DNA of 64,000 nucleotides from Microbotryum violaceum. Its lineage: Eukaryota. Location: NCBI GenBank assembly GCA_001244265.2, contig CDLV01000010.1, positions 868,001 through 932,000 of the forward strand, written 5' to 3'. The position numbers and the translations under genes are program-made. Below, piece by piece: positions 1 through 11,992 of the stretch. How positions within the stretch are numbered: the first letter of the stretch is position 1; each line of letters starts with the position of its first letter. The notes below the pieces were generated by a model. The model was not told the origin of the DNA. It saw only the letters and a list, made by a program, of their open reading frames with translations, and ran no database searches.

Positions 1-354
1 TTTTCAAACTCTTCCATCCTCTTCGAGTCTTCACATGCCGAGTTAGGTGTCCGTGAAATGAACCCAGTTCGTGGCTTTTTTGGCATTCGTATCCCTGACG
101 GCCAGTGCGCAAGTTCGATCACGGACTATATAGCAAGACAGGCACCACCTATGAACACCTGACAACGGCTTGCTTTCCGGCACCAAGCCGTACCTAAGCG
201 CGTACGGAGACTCGTAAAAGGAACTACGGCATATTTGTGAAAAACCAAGGGATTTGAAGCCTCACTCCGAGGCGCAGGAAGAAAACTGCTCTAGCAAAAG
301 ACCCTTTCCAGCAGTTGACACAAGCGTTTAGCCCGAAATGTTGGCTTCTTTGCC

Positions 355-2595
355 TCACGGACCGATGAGCAAGTCGCGAGGATGCGAGCGCTTTTGGAGA
401 GGAACGTGCGGGCCGATAGGGATGCAGAGTTCTTTGATCAGGGGCCAGCTGTGATGGTAGATGGGAAGATTCGCGAATAATCCCAACCGGCGCGGGTGAA
501 GCGAGTGCTTCGAAGAATTGAGGTGTGCCGCATGTGCGCTCACATCCACGTCATTTGATTCGAGGAATTCCCTGAACTCTTCTTCGGTGAAGTTGGGTTC
601 CATCCACGACATGTCGAGTAGGCGTTCGCGACGAGTCTGGTTATTCTTCGATGTGTGGACACCGCCGTCGATTAAACCTCGCTTGCCGATCGGTTCAGAG
701 CCGGCGAAAGCCCCATTGAGACCACCCGACATCCCAAGGTACGCCAAAAGAATTGCGTCGACTTGAATTGAGCGACGATGAAGCCTTTGCCCGCATGGCC
801 CCTTATTCGCGTCGTTGAGTTTCACGAGGAACACGGCACTAGGGGCGCTGATGCGCAGACCCGCAGCAAGGGCTGCGCGCCATGGCAAGAGGTACGAACA
901 CGCGAGCACGCTGCTGTCAGCGACGAGCATTGACAATTACTCGATATACGGTGGTTTAACTCACTGGTTTTGAACAGTTCCATCTCGAACCCTACCGTAC
1001 TACCCGCAGAAGCGGCTGGGTTGGCCTTGACCTTGCCCTCGATGTGCAAAGGAGCCGACCATACCTGCGGCCTCCAATGTCCGTTACCACCGATGCCTTT
1101 GACCAAGTCGATGTGCGCCTCCGCCCCGTCCTGTATGCGGAACTGGATACCGTGACTCATCTCAAGGTGTCCCGTGTAGTTGCGGCAGCCAATTCCCCAC
1201 CCGACCGACGCGATCAAGCCCAATTTGAAGATTTTGTGGATTTCGAGGCCAAGACCAGGGAGGGGGAATTCGAAGATGTTGCCGCCGAAATCGAGCGATG
1301 CGATCGTGTTCGCCTACGATCGCGGAGATGGAGGAACTACCCATGTCAACGGGTTTGAACACCCAGATATGGATAGAATGGATCCAAGGAGGCAGAGGAT
1401 GAGCAGCGATGAACGAGCTCACCTTCAAGCTAAGATCCCACTGCAGTCGTGCGCCGACGTTGAACGCGGTTGCGTAGATGCCCATCTCCTTGATGTCAAA
1501 CCACTTAATGCGGAGGCGAAAGCTGATATCGATGCGGCCCGATGAGCCGCAGTTGATGCAGTGGCTCGTTGCTTCGTATCCATTTTGTCCGAGATGATGC
1601 TTCGACACCATCTCGCCGTTGTACTTATGATCGAGGTGAACCGAGTACCCTTTGCTCCTAGAAACCGACGGATCGGGAAGCTTGAAGTTCAAATGCCCGA
1701 TGTGAAACCTCTCTTCCAGAAGTGGGCCAGCATTCGGAGCGGGTAAAGGGTGCGCCACTTCGGTGAAGTGACTGGGTACCTCAAGTTCCTTGGTCGCAGT
1801 ATTCTGGAGCTCCTCTCCCTCGCGAAGGCCCGAGCCCACGTGCAATGTGAAGGTATGCCCGGCTTCCTCCCACGCCACCTCGATTCCTTCGAGCGTGATG
1901 GTCAGCGTGGAGGCCTCGGGCACAGCTTTTTTGAAGTGGAACGGTATAAAGTGACCATCCGGGTTCATGCAATCCCGCCAATGAGCGAGCAACGTAAAGA
2001 CATGTTCGGGATGCAAGTGGACCCAATCCCACGCCTGCGCAGCGTAATCAAACGCGACGCGGGACTTGAACGTGATGTAGATCCGGCCCACACCGCACGA
2101 TACCCCAGAGATTAGCCGAGAGAAACGTTGCATATTCAAAACCTGACATGGTAATGTCACGCGGGCCGCAATACGTGTTAATCATCCCTCAGGTCTGAAG
2201 AAGAAAGGAGGTGGCCCCTGAGTGCTTCCTAAACGGAAATACGACCCACCTTCTCCTTGCTGTGGGTCTCAAAATGCATAGTTGCAACTGGGAAATCTCC
2301 CGCGGGTGCTGTGGTTCATTTATAGACGTTGCGTTAGTCTAAATTCAGCTTCGAGTACAGAGGTAAAGACAAGACCTGACCCACTTTCGTCGCCCGACCA
2401 CATGATGTGCTCCTCGTCTAGGAGATCCAGGGCAGCAGACAGCCTCTTCTTGTCGAGGAAGTAATCTTCCAAGCCCCTGGGATGTATCTGGTCACTGGAA
2501 GAAATGCTATCATGCAATGGATGAGGCCGTAAGACTTGGGCTCGAGCCCAGCTTGTCGCATAAAGCAGCGCGAAGAAGGAGAACGCCTTGCGCAT
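355..2595 (-). CDS. Secreted beta-rich protein A, DUF7029/DUF7223-like, about 5 exons; paralog of 5342-7557
   Basis: Signal peptide MRKAFSFFALLYATSWARA. Spliced small exon PAGDFPVATMHFETHSKEK, then NMQRFSRLISGVSCG...ITFKSRVAFDYAAQAWDWV and HCINCGSSG, and a C-terminal WPLIKELCI. Family name is from memory of fungal DUF7029/DUF7223 proteins. Confidence 0.8.
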
Positions 2596-5341
2596 GATCG
2601 AATGTCGGTACGCAGTGACAATTTAGGCTGAAAATGTTGCTAGGAAGCTCCGTTCCCGTTTTGGTTGTAGTAGCAAGTGAGATTCAGAAGAAGAAGAAGC
2701 GAGAAGTCTGTTCGAAGGGGTGTTTACGCGCTTGCAGCCCAGGGTGACGACATACGCCCTTCGTTGCCTGCAGCCTGCGCCCCTGACTTTGAAACCCCTG
2801 ACCCCGTCTGACCATGTTGGTCGACGTATATACCCCTCACCTCATCTCGAGGTCCCCCGATTTCATCTTGGGCGGATCTCCACAGCGCATTTCCAGGCTC
2901 TGATCCCCGAAGCTCTGGTTCAATCTGGGGTGCTTCTCAGACGGCTGCCATCTCTTATAAGTCTGTCTCACCCTGGTAGCTATTGCAACATGATGGGTGA
3001 ATATACTGTAGCGTCATATCGCCGAAACTCCCACCGGTTTTGCAGTTGGTGGACGTAGGAGACCGCAGGACGCCGTGTTGCCCTCGGTATGTGGGCGATA
3101 GGAGCACGGAAAACCGACTCGCTTACTCTGTAAGGAGGTAACTGGGTCACGAAATCCATTCTCCGCAAAAGACCCGATCACGCGACTACGACATAAGGCT
3201 CAAAAGAAAGGGGTGGCCACCGGCGCGATCGACTGCGAGGTGGGGAAGAAACATCTTCGGAATTGAACGCGGGGCACCTCCTAACCGTGGGGTGTGCCGC
3301 AGGGGCGATAAGGAGCCACCGGCGGGCGAGTGGATTCACCGAGTCCCACTGTGTGGTGCGCGGGATCGGGTCGTTGTCGATATTTCAATTCCTCAGATTC
3401 AACAGCGGTTATGGGTGCAGTGGTAGTCAGGCTCGAAGACAGGGTGATCGTACTTAGGCGCTCGAAGACAGGGCAATTTCGGCGACCGACAAGGCCACAA
3501 TCGGCAAAATCAACGACGGCGGCGTCGGCAACTTTTCGCACGGCGGCAGCGGCGACATACTACCGAAGGCTTTTACAAGTATTGCATGACTTCGATGTCT
3601 CATGGCTCATGGCTCATGGAACTACGACGAAAAGCATCTCAGGTCGGTTAATCAAGAACGCGCCCCTCTCCAGCGTTTCTTGCGCGTCGGTGTCTCGGTT
3701 AATGGCGAGGAACAGCGCGGAAGTGCAGACGGAAGGACGGGCTTAAGGGTCGGATGGGGCGAGGGAAGTGAGAGTTGGGCGGTCAAACGCGTAAACAAAC
3801 AGCGAAAGCGCCTAACGGATGGGCTAGTGAAGCCTGAGGAGAGGAGCTGGTTTGAATGACCAAGGCACCTTAGGCGGGTTGCATTTTGTTCTCACGTAGA
3901 CCACTTCTCGGATCCGCATCTTGTCTATATCTCACTCTCTGCATACTTCAAGTCTTATACGGCATCGTTCTAAAGTCTCATTCTCGAATCTCATTCTCTT
4001 CCTCACATCGTTGTCCGCTCACTCTCCCCTCTTGGCGCTCCGCATCTCTCCCCTTGTCTTTCGGCCGTTACGGCGACTCTCTCGTCTTCCTCGCCTTGGA
4101 ATTCTTGGCGTCCCTTATTCGCCTCTGCTCGCCTATAACCTCATACCTCATCCCCGGCTTTGTTATACCATAATTCCCAGATGTTCGGGTTGTAATCTTG
4201 AGTGTGGGAGCGTTCACTTTGGGTTTTTTCAAGGGGCTTGTTCTTAGGTGATGCCTTACCTAGTGGGCCCGGCATATTCAGTCTGCGTCACGTCGGCACT
4301 GTGCGCGCTCTCGAGTTTTTTTTTTCTTCGAGGTCATGGTAGATGGGCAGTCGTGGGTGTATTTTATACCCGCTCTCCATTTCTTATCTGAACGCATTAT
4401 CAGCCAGTGCGATATCCGTGACAAGTGTATGTATCCCATTTCGGCCTACACGGTTTCTGGCGGGCTCTTGAACACGGTCGCAGCGATAGCTCCCAAGCGT
4501 CGGCTCTCATAACGTGTCTCTGCGAAACGCACCACACGGCGGCCACTGGTCAAATAAGTCGCTCGGCTTTAATCTAGAAACATTGAAAGCTGGTCGTATA
4601 GCTCCTGCACCATGTGCGGGCAATCAGGCAAATCCGTTAGCCCCGTTGCGGGATGATGATGGGAAAGACCCCTGAAATGACGTCACATAAGACCACCTAG
4701 CCAAATTAGAGTCGCTTTACCGATTGACATGCCCGAGGGAAGCCCTGGTGTGGAGTCTCTCGCACTGACAAGGAGTTTGTTTTGGTCAGGTTTCTAAACC
4801 GCGTGACAAGTTGAAAGGGCAGGGACTGAAGATCTGCTCGGCGGTGCCGCTTGTACCCCTGATCACGTGCTCAGGGGCTGAATCGAAACACAATACTTAT
4901 GCCGGCAGATCGCTTACCCGACTGTGTGAAGGTAAGCACATCATGCGATCCTTACCGGAGTCTGGCTCGACTTTTCCTCGGTATCCAATCGCCTCGGGCC
5001 GTTTTCGAGCTCTCAGCTGGCTAACTGTCACGGGTCCCTGCGACCGGACCGGTCACTGCAGCGCTCTGCATCGAGCTCGGGCATATTGTGCATGCAAGTT
5101 GGGGGCAAGGAAACTCTGATTAGTAAACTAGATGCAACACTCATCTACTTTGTGAAGTACACAGAAGGAGAACTACCCAAATAGTACACGTCGAAACGCG
5201 GTATCGCTGCGATCGCAAGCTTGCAGCTATCAAATCCAAGTCATCGTCGACTTAATCTTGAAAAAGGACTTTGGACACAGCTTGGCGACAACGAGACTAT
5301 GGCAGAACAGCGAAAAAGGAAGCACACGAGCACACGAGAGA

Positions 5342-7557
5342 TTAGAAAGCGATTGACTTCCTACCCGGCTTCAAGTTCACGTCCTCCATTGTCGCCTCCA
5401 AGTCGCGCCGGTGGCCAAAATAGGCCCTAATGCAGAGGTTCGTGAACAATGGCCAGTCGAAATGCCAGATGATCATCGCCACGGCTACTCCAGTTCGCCG
5501 CTGTAGGATTGGCGTCATAGTATGAACGGGCTCATCCATGACATGGTCGAGGTATTCTTGGGTCGGGGAGAGCCCGTAGCCGACAGGGGCATCAATAAGC
5601 GCGCGAGGTATCCTGAGTACGTCTTCGACATCGGCCCGTCCATCTAACAGCGCGCGCTTGCCGAGCGGAAGCGTCACGGAGAAATCAGATCCACCCTTGC
5701 CGGCCTTCCATACAAAAGCAACTCCAAGGCTTGCGTTGATCGCCACAGCCCGGTCAGTGAGATGGCAGGGGAGCGCTCGGGGCCCTACAATCGCCAAGCT
5801 TAGCTTGAACACAGGAGCCTTGAGTGCGACCGCCATTTCGTACTCTGGATCCAGTGTAAAGAAAGGACGTAACAGTCAAAATGCGTGCATAGGGTGTGTC
5901 AGTCGCATCTATGGCCAAACTGACTGAATTTATTGACAAGGTTGAAATCCAGACCGACGCCAGCTGCCAGGGAGAAGCTAACGGTCCCTTTTGCATCAAT
6001 TGTCCATTGGGGAAGGTGACGGTAGATGAGCGGCTGGAAAGAGGTATGGTGTTGATTCGTCGTATTAATCAAGTCGATGTAGAAATGGGCGTTATCTGGA
6101 ACGACGGCTGCGATTCCGTACGTAAGACCCAGGTGACCGGCGAAATTCGATATCGAGAAACCGAACTTGAGCTTGGCGACGAGGCCAGCGGTGAAGACTT
6201 TGGGTATATAGATGCCGAGTCCGGGAATTGGAAGATTGATGAGCGGTTGGGAAAAATCCAAGCTGTTGGCCCCTGTAGACTGCAGACCGACAATTCATAT
6301 GAACGAAGCGAACGGGTTAGCGGAGGATCGAGACTGCATGGGTGCACGTGCCAAAGACTTACGCCGCTCAACTCTGAATGCAAGTCAGCGACGAACCGTA
6401 CGCCGTGGGCCGTTGCAGAAGCGCCGAAACTGTCGATTCCGGAGATAAGTCTCCAGCGAATATCAATCGCAAAATTTATGTGACCGTTGGAATGGCACGA
6501 GATGCAATGGACATCGAAAAAGATCCCTCCTCGCCCACTTCCGGGAATAATGCCTGTCCCCACGGCGTGGTCAAGGTAAACCGCGTGACCTCCTGTGGTT
6601 CTAACCTGGTGATTTGTCAAAATGTCGAAGGCTCGCTTGACCCATTTAGGTATGTGGATGCCGAGAAATTTCTCGTCATCAAATGTTGTGATGCTCGTCG
6701 GAGGTTGATCCAGCAGAATAAAGTCATCCGGAATCTCGAAGGGCCTGGAAGATGCCGGAGGGATAAGAGTGTCGCCGTGGGCGATCGCGCCCGTGATGTG
6801 CATATCAAAAGCGTGCATCGCATTCTCCCATTGGAGTTCGATCCCTTCGAGCAGGATGATCAAGCGAGCGGTGTCGACCGTGATCCTGTGGAACCGGAAC
6901 GGTCGGTAGCTTCCTTGGTCGCAGAGGCAACCCTTCCAGAACGGGATCATCTGGATGACGTGCTCGGGGTTCGAGTTGACCCAGTCCCAAGCATTGGCGG
7001 CGTACTTGAACGCGTTGCGCGACTGGAAGGTGACAGTCGTGAACGGTTCTCCGCATTTGACGTCGGATAGAAGGGTGGTAAAACGTTGCATATTGATGAT
7101 CTGCATAATACGCTAGTGCGTCAGTCTACGGGATGGAGTACTGCGCAGCCTGAAGCCTGGGAAGCGGGAGGAGCTCCTGTGCATGTACGCACCTTTTGAA
7201 CTTCGCTCGTCTCGAGGTTCATCAGCGCCACGGTGAAGTCGTTGGTTGGCACTGTAGGTTAGGGTCAATCAATTGTGATTAGCACAAGAAAGTCAAGATG
7301 GGGTTAGGAAGTACATGAATCAAGCACCTCAACTCACACTTGTCCCCAGCGTGTACGAGCAGCTCTTCGTCCTGGAGGTCGAGCGCGAACGCCAAATGCT
7401 GTGGGTCGAGTGAATGTTGCTCCGACATTGGAGACAGCACACCTTCTACGGCATGGCCACTGTCGTAGAGCGCAAAAGGTTTGAGGATGTTGTCGGCGGT
7501 GGCGGTGGAAAAGAGGGCGAGGCCAACGCTGAGGTGGAGAAGGTCAACCGCGCGCAT
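5342..7557 (-). CDS. Secreted beta-rich protein B, DUF7029/DUF7223-like, about 5 exons; paralog of 355-2595
   Basis: Signal peptide MRAVDLLHLSVGLALFSTATA. Small exon PTNDFTVALMNLETSEVQK, then NMQRFTTLLSDVKCG...TFQSRNAFKYAANAWDWV, HCISCHSNG and WPLFTNLCI. Intron positions match gene A. Confidence 0.8.
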
Positions 7558-8539
7558 GGTTGCGATATGCCCCTAAGGCGCTGGATGAGCTGAAGAAGTC
7601 GGAAGCGTCGTTGACAGCAGCCAAGGAATTGAGGAGGGGAGGCGGACAATGAACGAGAAGTCTGAACAACTTGGTATGACGAGATAAGGAGAAGAAGAAG
7701 AAGAGGGTCAACATTGATCGGAGATATAAAAAGTACGAGCTGACGAGGATGGGTGTACCACGGTCGCATCCGCATCTGCTAAGATGTCAGGAGGGTTTTA
7801 GTACTTAAGTCGTAATAATCGTTCAATGTCGACCAAGGAGCGTTTATTCAGTCACTTCCTCGGAGTAGCGGGTGCTGAGAGGAATAGAGCCGACGCGGAG
7901 ATGCGCGTCCGACCGGTTGGCTAGCGAGCGCATCGATGCGATGGCACGTTCATACGCCATCTACACCGCGTTTGATTCAATTGCGCGAGAACGTGCTCTG
8001 GTGAAATCGCCGAACGTGGGAGATTGAAAGTGACAGAGCATGAAAAAGCCACCTCCTGTTTGAAATGGGGATCTCGCTCCGCGAAGGCTTGAGACACGGG
8101 GACAGGAGGCCGCGAAAGGGCATCCCTTCGGTCCTGCGGTCCTTCGGTCCTAGGGCGCCACGCGTATCGCGCTGTTTGCGCACTTCCACCACCCGCTGGG
8201 AACGAACGTGCCGAGAGAATCACCCCATAGAGACGGGTCAGTGAGACATGGTCGGAACCTCGTTTTCACCCCCACTCGCACGCACTCTGGATTGCATGAC
8301 ACTGAGACTAACTCTCGTGACCGGTGACCATGGAAATGCGGGACATCCATTAGCAACACCTTACGCCCAATTGAACCCCGCACGAGAAAAATGACGAGAT
8401 AGGAGCACAACACACACGCATGCACACTGACGCGTAGGCCGAGCAATTGCACACCACGTTCAGCCCCATTTCCAACAATCGCACCAACGACCTCGTCCCA
8501 CTTTCCACGAATCCGATTTCCCTTAGTTCCCCTCGAGCA

Positions 8540-11515
8540 TCATAGATTTTCCGAGTAGTAAAACGACGCCGCGCCATCGTACGCCGGGACCTGCCTGACG
8601 TCGATGACATTCGGTATATCGACCTTCTCACCACTGAGGTCCAACAACTTGATCTTGACACCGATGTCCGTCAGCGCTTGAACGTAATCTGCCGTCTGAC
8701 TGGTCACGATCCCTCCGTCCGGCCGCAAGAGAGACAGTCCATCCAACCATTCAAAGTACGTCATTTCGTTCGGCGCCACGAGTTCAGCGATGATCCCGTC
8801 ACTGGACCGTAATGTGATAGTGAGGGGCTGAGAGGATCCGGTGGAAGCTGTGTTGGCCGTCGAGACGATCGAAGGGGCTTGACGCTTGAGCTCGCCCGAA
8901 GGAGCATACGGACTGATGTTAGAAATCAAGGCGATCATGACTGAAATAGTATAAGGTGTTCAAGGTCAGCTCGAGTGCTGCTGGGACAGCCCGCCATAAG
9001 ACGTACTCCTCTCGGGCAGGTCGTCCAATCCAGGCGCAATCGCAATCCTTCCATTCGTCTCCAAGTAATGCAGCGCCTTCTTATTCGCCGCCAGTCGACA
9101 GAACTTCCATTTCTGCACCACACTCGGCGCAGTAGGTGACACAAGTTCCTTGACCTGCTTCTTTAACCCACTTGCCGAAGGGCCGTTCGTTGTCCCGGCC
9201 GGTGTGGGAACGCGGAACCACGCTCCTTCGTGCAAGCATGCGATACGTTGGTTGCGAACGAACTCGAAGGACTCGAGATAGAGACGACCACGCAGATGTC
9301 GTACGGGCGCTTTGGAGTGTAGGTCATCGCCTGTTTCTAACTCGCGCACTTGTCGGTCTCGAACCGAGCGATAATCCGCCTTTAAGAATTGGCTGTATGC
9401 GAAATTCGGTCTCAGAATCAGCCCCATGCGTGGTAGGAGCTTTATACCCTACAGAAGAGTACTCACACTCTAATCCTATCCCAAGACTTAATTTCCTTCC
9501 CACCCGAGCCATCGATTGTCAAGACATGGGCTATCTGACTTTTCATCAACGTCGCGACTCGCTCAAAATCCGCCTCCGTCGCACCCAACTCGGTCCACAT
9601 CCGCACTGAGAACCTTGTCGCTAACGCGTGACATTGATTGAACTGTAGAACGTAAGGATTCAGAGTCGTAGACCTCGTTGCTTGTTGGTCATCGCTGATT
9701 TGAAAATGGTTGGCGAGAGCAAGGACGACGGCGGTCGAGACGGCTGCGAGGGGGCAACGGCGTGGTGCCGGTCGAGCGAGCGTGTTTTTGAGCGTCTGCG
9801 AAAGTCAGTATTCAAAGATGAGCAGAGAGGTGAGGCGTAATGTTCGGCTCTCGATCACTGACCGAGGCGAACTCATTCTTGCGATCGAACGCAAATGCAA
9901 GCAGCGTCTTCAGCCCCAACAGCCCACTCGCTTTAAACTCGGTCTGCGGTTCCTCAGTCCCGAATCCTAGGCTCTGCCACTTGGTCGCTTCGTCGACCGT
10001 ATTCTCATCGCTACCGGAAGCAGTCCATATGTCATCGAAGAGGCCGTAATGCGCTTCGTCGACGGGGGTCACGAGTTGGGCGTGCAACGCGGCGACGACG
10101 TTGGCTTGGTAACCGAGGATGGCGGCGATGTACGCTTCTTCTTTCCAGGTGTCCAGCAAGTTCTAGTCGCGTTGGGACAGGGGGTGTTGTTTGAGTCCTG
10201 CGTCTAACTTGCGGAAAGAGGTGTGACTGACCGCGACGATCTTGCTCGTGCCCAGCGTCTCTAACTCCACATGGAACCGCTCATCCCCCATCTCGGTTGC
10301 ACCTTGGAACAGACTGTTGATCAACTCGAGGTTCGCCAAAGCGAGAGGCCAGTCATTGCCATACAAACGTCCGACGACGATGGGTAGGAAGTCAATCCTC
10401 TGTTGGATCAGTTCAAAGGCGATCGCGAAGACGCCGGCTGAGGCGTCAAGTCGAGGTGTCGCGGCTGAGGGTCGACCCTGATCGGAAAGCAGTCGGAGAA
10501 GCTGGGTCGCTGGTCGTAAGATGTTGATCAATGGCTCCGTAGCTGCGATAAAAGACTTTGTTCAGTTTGTGTGGAAGAAGTAGCGCGACCGGACAGAGAG
10601 CACTCACCAATGATTTGAACGAGTTTGGCGATAAAATCTTTGCCGAGCGAATGAGATCCACGAGCATCAAGTTCGAGCAACTGCTGCGAACTCAGCAAAG
10701 CGTACGCGAGCGTATTCCCCGTCGATCCTTTGATAACATCCTGTATTGCCCCCATGCCACCGCGGTTGATGAAGGCGGTGAGGAAGGCGGGTTCCTTGAT
10801 GAGCGTTCGGAGGGAGAAGGTCGCGAGTTTGACGGCGGCTGTATCGGAGGATCGTAGCTTGTCGACTACTTCGACGGCTTCGATCACTGGTGATGGACCA
10901 AGAGCAAAGCTTCTGTGGAAGTGAACAAAATGGTTCCAGCAGATGAGCTCCGGGTTCAGGGCAGAGAACGGCTATCGCTCGCAAATGCAAGGCGAGGGAG
11001 GATTCGGGCACAGGGGGGCTGGGTCTGGCTTGAGCGAGCGCCGAGCGACAGGCAAGAGCTGATTGAACGAACGCTGCGCCGCGATCCAGGAATCGGTCCA
11101 AGTTCTCCTCGGTCACAAGTGATCCGGATTCCTTCTCCCTCAGGGCGAATAGAGCGGGTGGTTCAGCGACGGCGAGCTGTTGCGAGTTGACGAGTTGAGC
11201 GATGATCTCATCCAGGGGCACTTCACGGTCGATGCGAGCCTTGACCGAACGCGCGCCTGTGGAGTAAGACAGGGACAAGCGTCAGCTCTTCACGCCGGGA
11301 GACGGTGACAGTTTTTGTTTTTGTTTTTTCGCAATGCGATGCACCGGTGTGGACTGACCATAGGTGACATAGACTGTGGGGGCCGGTCTCGGCGGAACGG
11401 GTGCCAGTGGTGGGGGTGCGCTCGTGTCCGTGTCGGTGCCAGCGTCACTCGCCCCGCTGGCCCGTCGGAATGAGTCGCCTCCATCTGGAGAATAAACCTC
11501 TGATTCTGATGCCAT
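8540..11515 (-). CDS. ELMO/CED-12 family protein (N-terminal ubiquitin-like region, ARM-like region, ELMO domain, PH domain), multi-exon
   Basis: Exons encode KLATFSLRTLIKEPAFLTAFINRGG..GNTLAYAL, KWQSLGFGTEEPQTEF..GLLGL, FEFVRNQRIACLHEGAWF, WKFCRL..NKKALHY and WLDGLSLL. Confidence 0.88.
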
Positions 11516-11992
11516 TGGAGAGGATTCGAGTTAGGGTCGGCGTTCTTTCCCTTGTACAACTCGGAGGAATGACTGTCGTCGTCGGTTGGTGCCGCGAGGA
11601 GGCTGACGGTCGGGGAGATCCAAGCGCAGGCCAACGGTTGACCGCGGGGATTATAATGAATGCTCGGCCCGCAGATCGGGTCCGCGAGACGCTTTACTAA
11701 TTAATAGCTAGTTAATAATTATACGGCCCTTACTCCAGCTCGTGGTTGAACCAGGCGAGCAGCCAACTACTTTAGCTTGATTTTGAACATAATCACACTT
11801 GCCATGGTTCTAGGATGAAGGCGCCAACTCATGTCGGGGCCCTGGAATATAATCTACCGGCCGGTCCGCGCGAAAGCCAGCCCGTAGTTCTGATATGTAT
11901 TCTGATCCCGCTGGACAGCTTGGCCCCCGACCCGCGACCCACCACTCCCACCAACTCTCCGTCCTCCCACCCACCTCCATCCTTCTCTCATC

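Noticed and set aside
58..200. Signal-peptide-like stretch FVAFLAFVSLTASAQ on the + strand
   Set aside because: It is out of frame with the nearby ATG, preceded by TGA and followed quickly by TAG, so no gene model can be supported.
3263..3860. Overlapping short ORFs and a 14-bp direct repeat (GCTCGAAGACAGGG x2) in the spacer between the paralogs
   Set aside because: No recognisable domain or splice model, and only two repeat copies.
3886..4250. CT-rich segment starting TGTT, considered as a solo LTR
   Set aside because: No matching CA terminus with a target-site duplication and no second copy in the window.
7868..7885. GGGTGCTGAGA resembling the 5' part of a TPP riboswitch
   Set aside because: The 3' core of the aptamer is missing and no thiamine gene is nearby.
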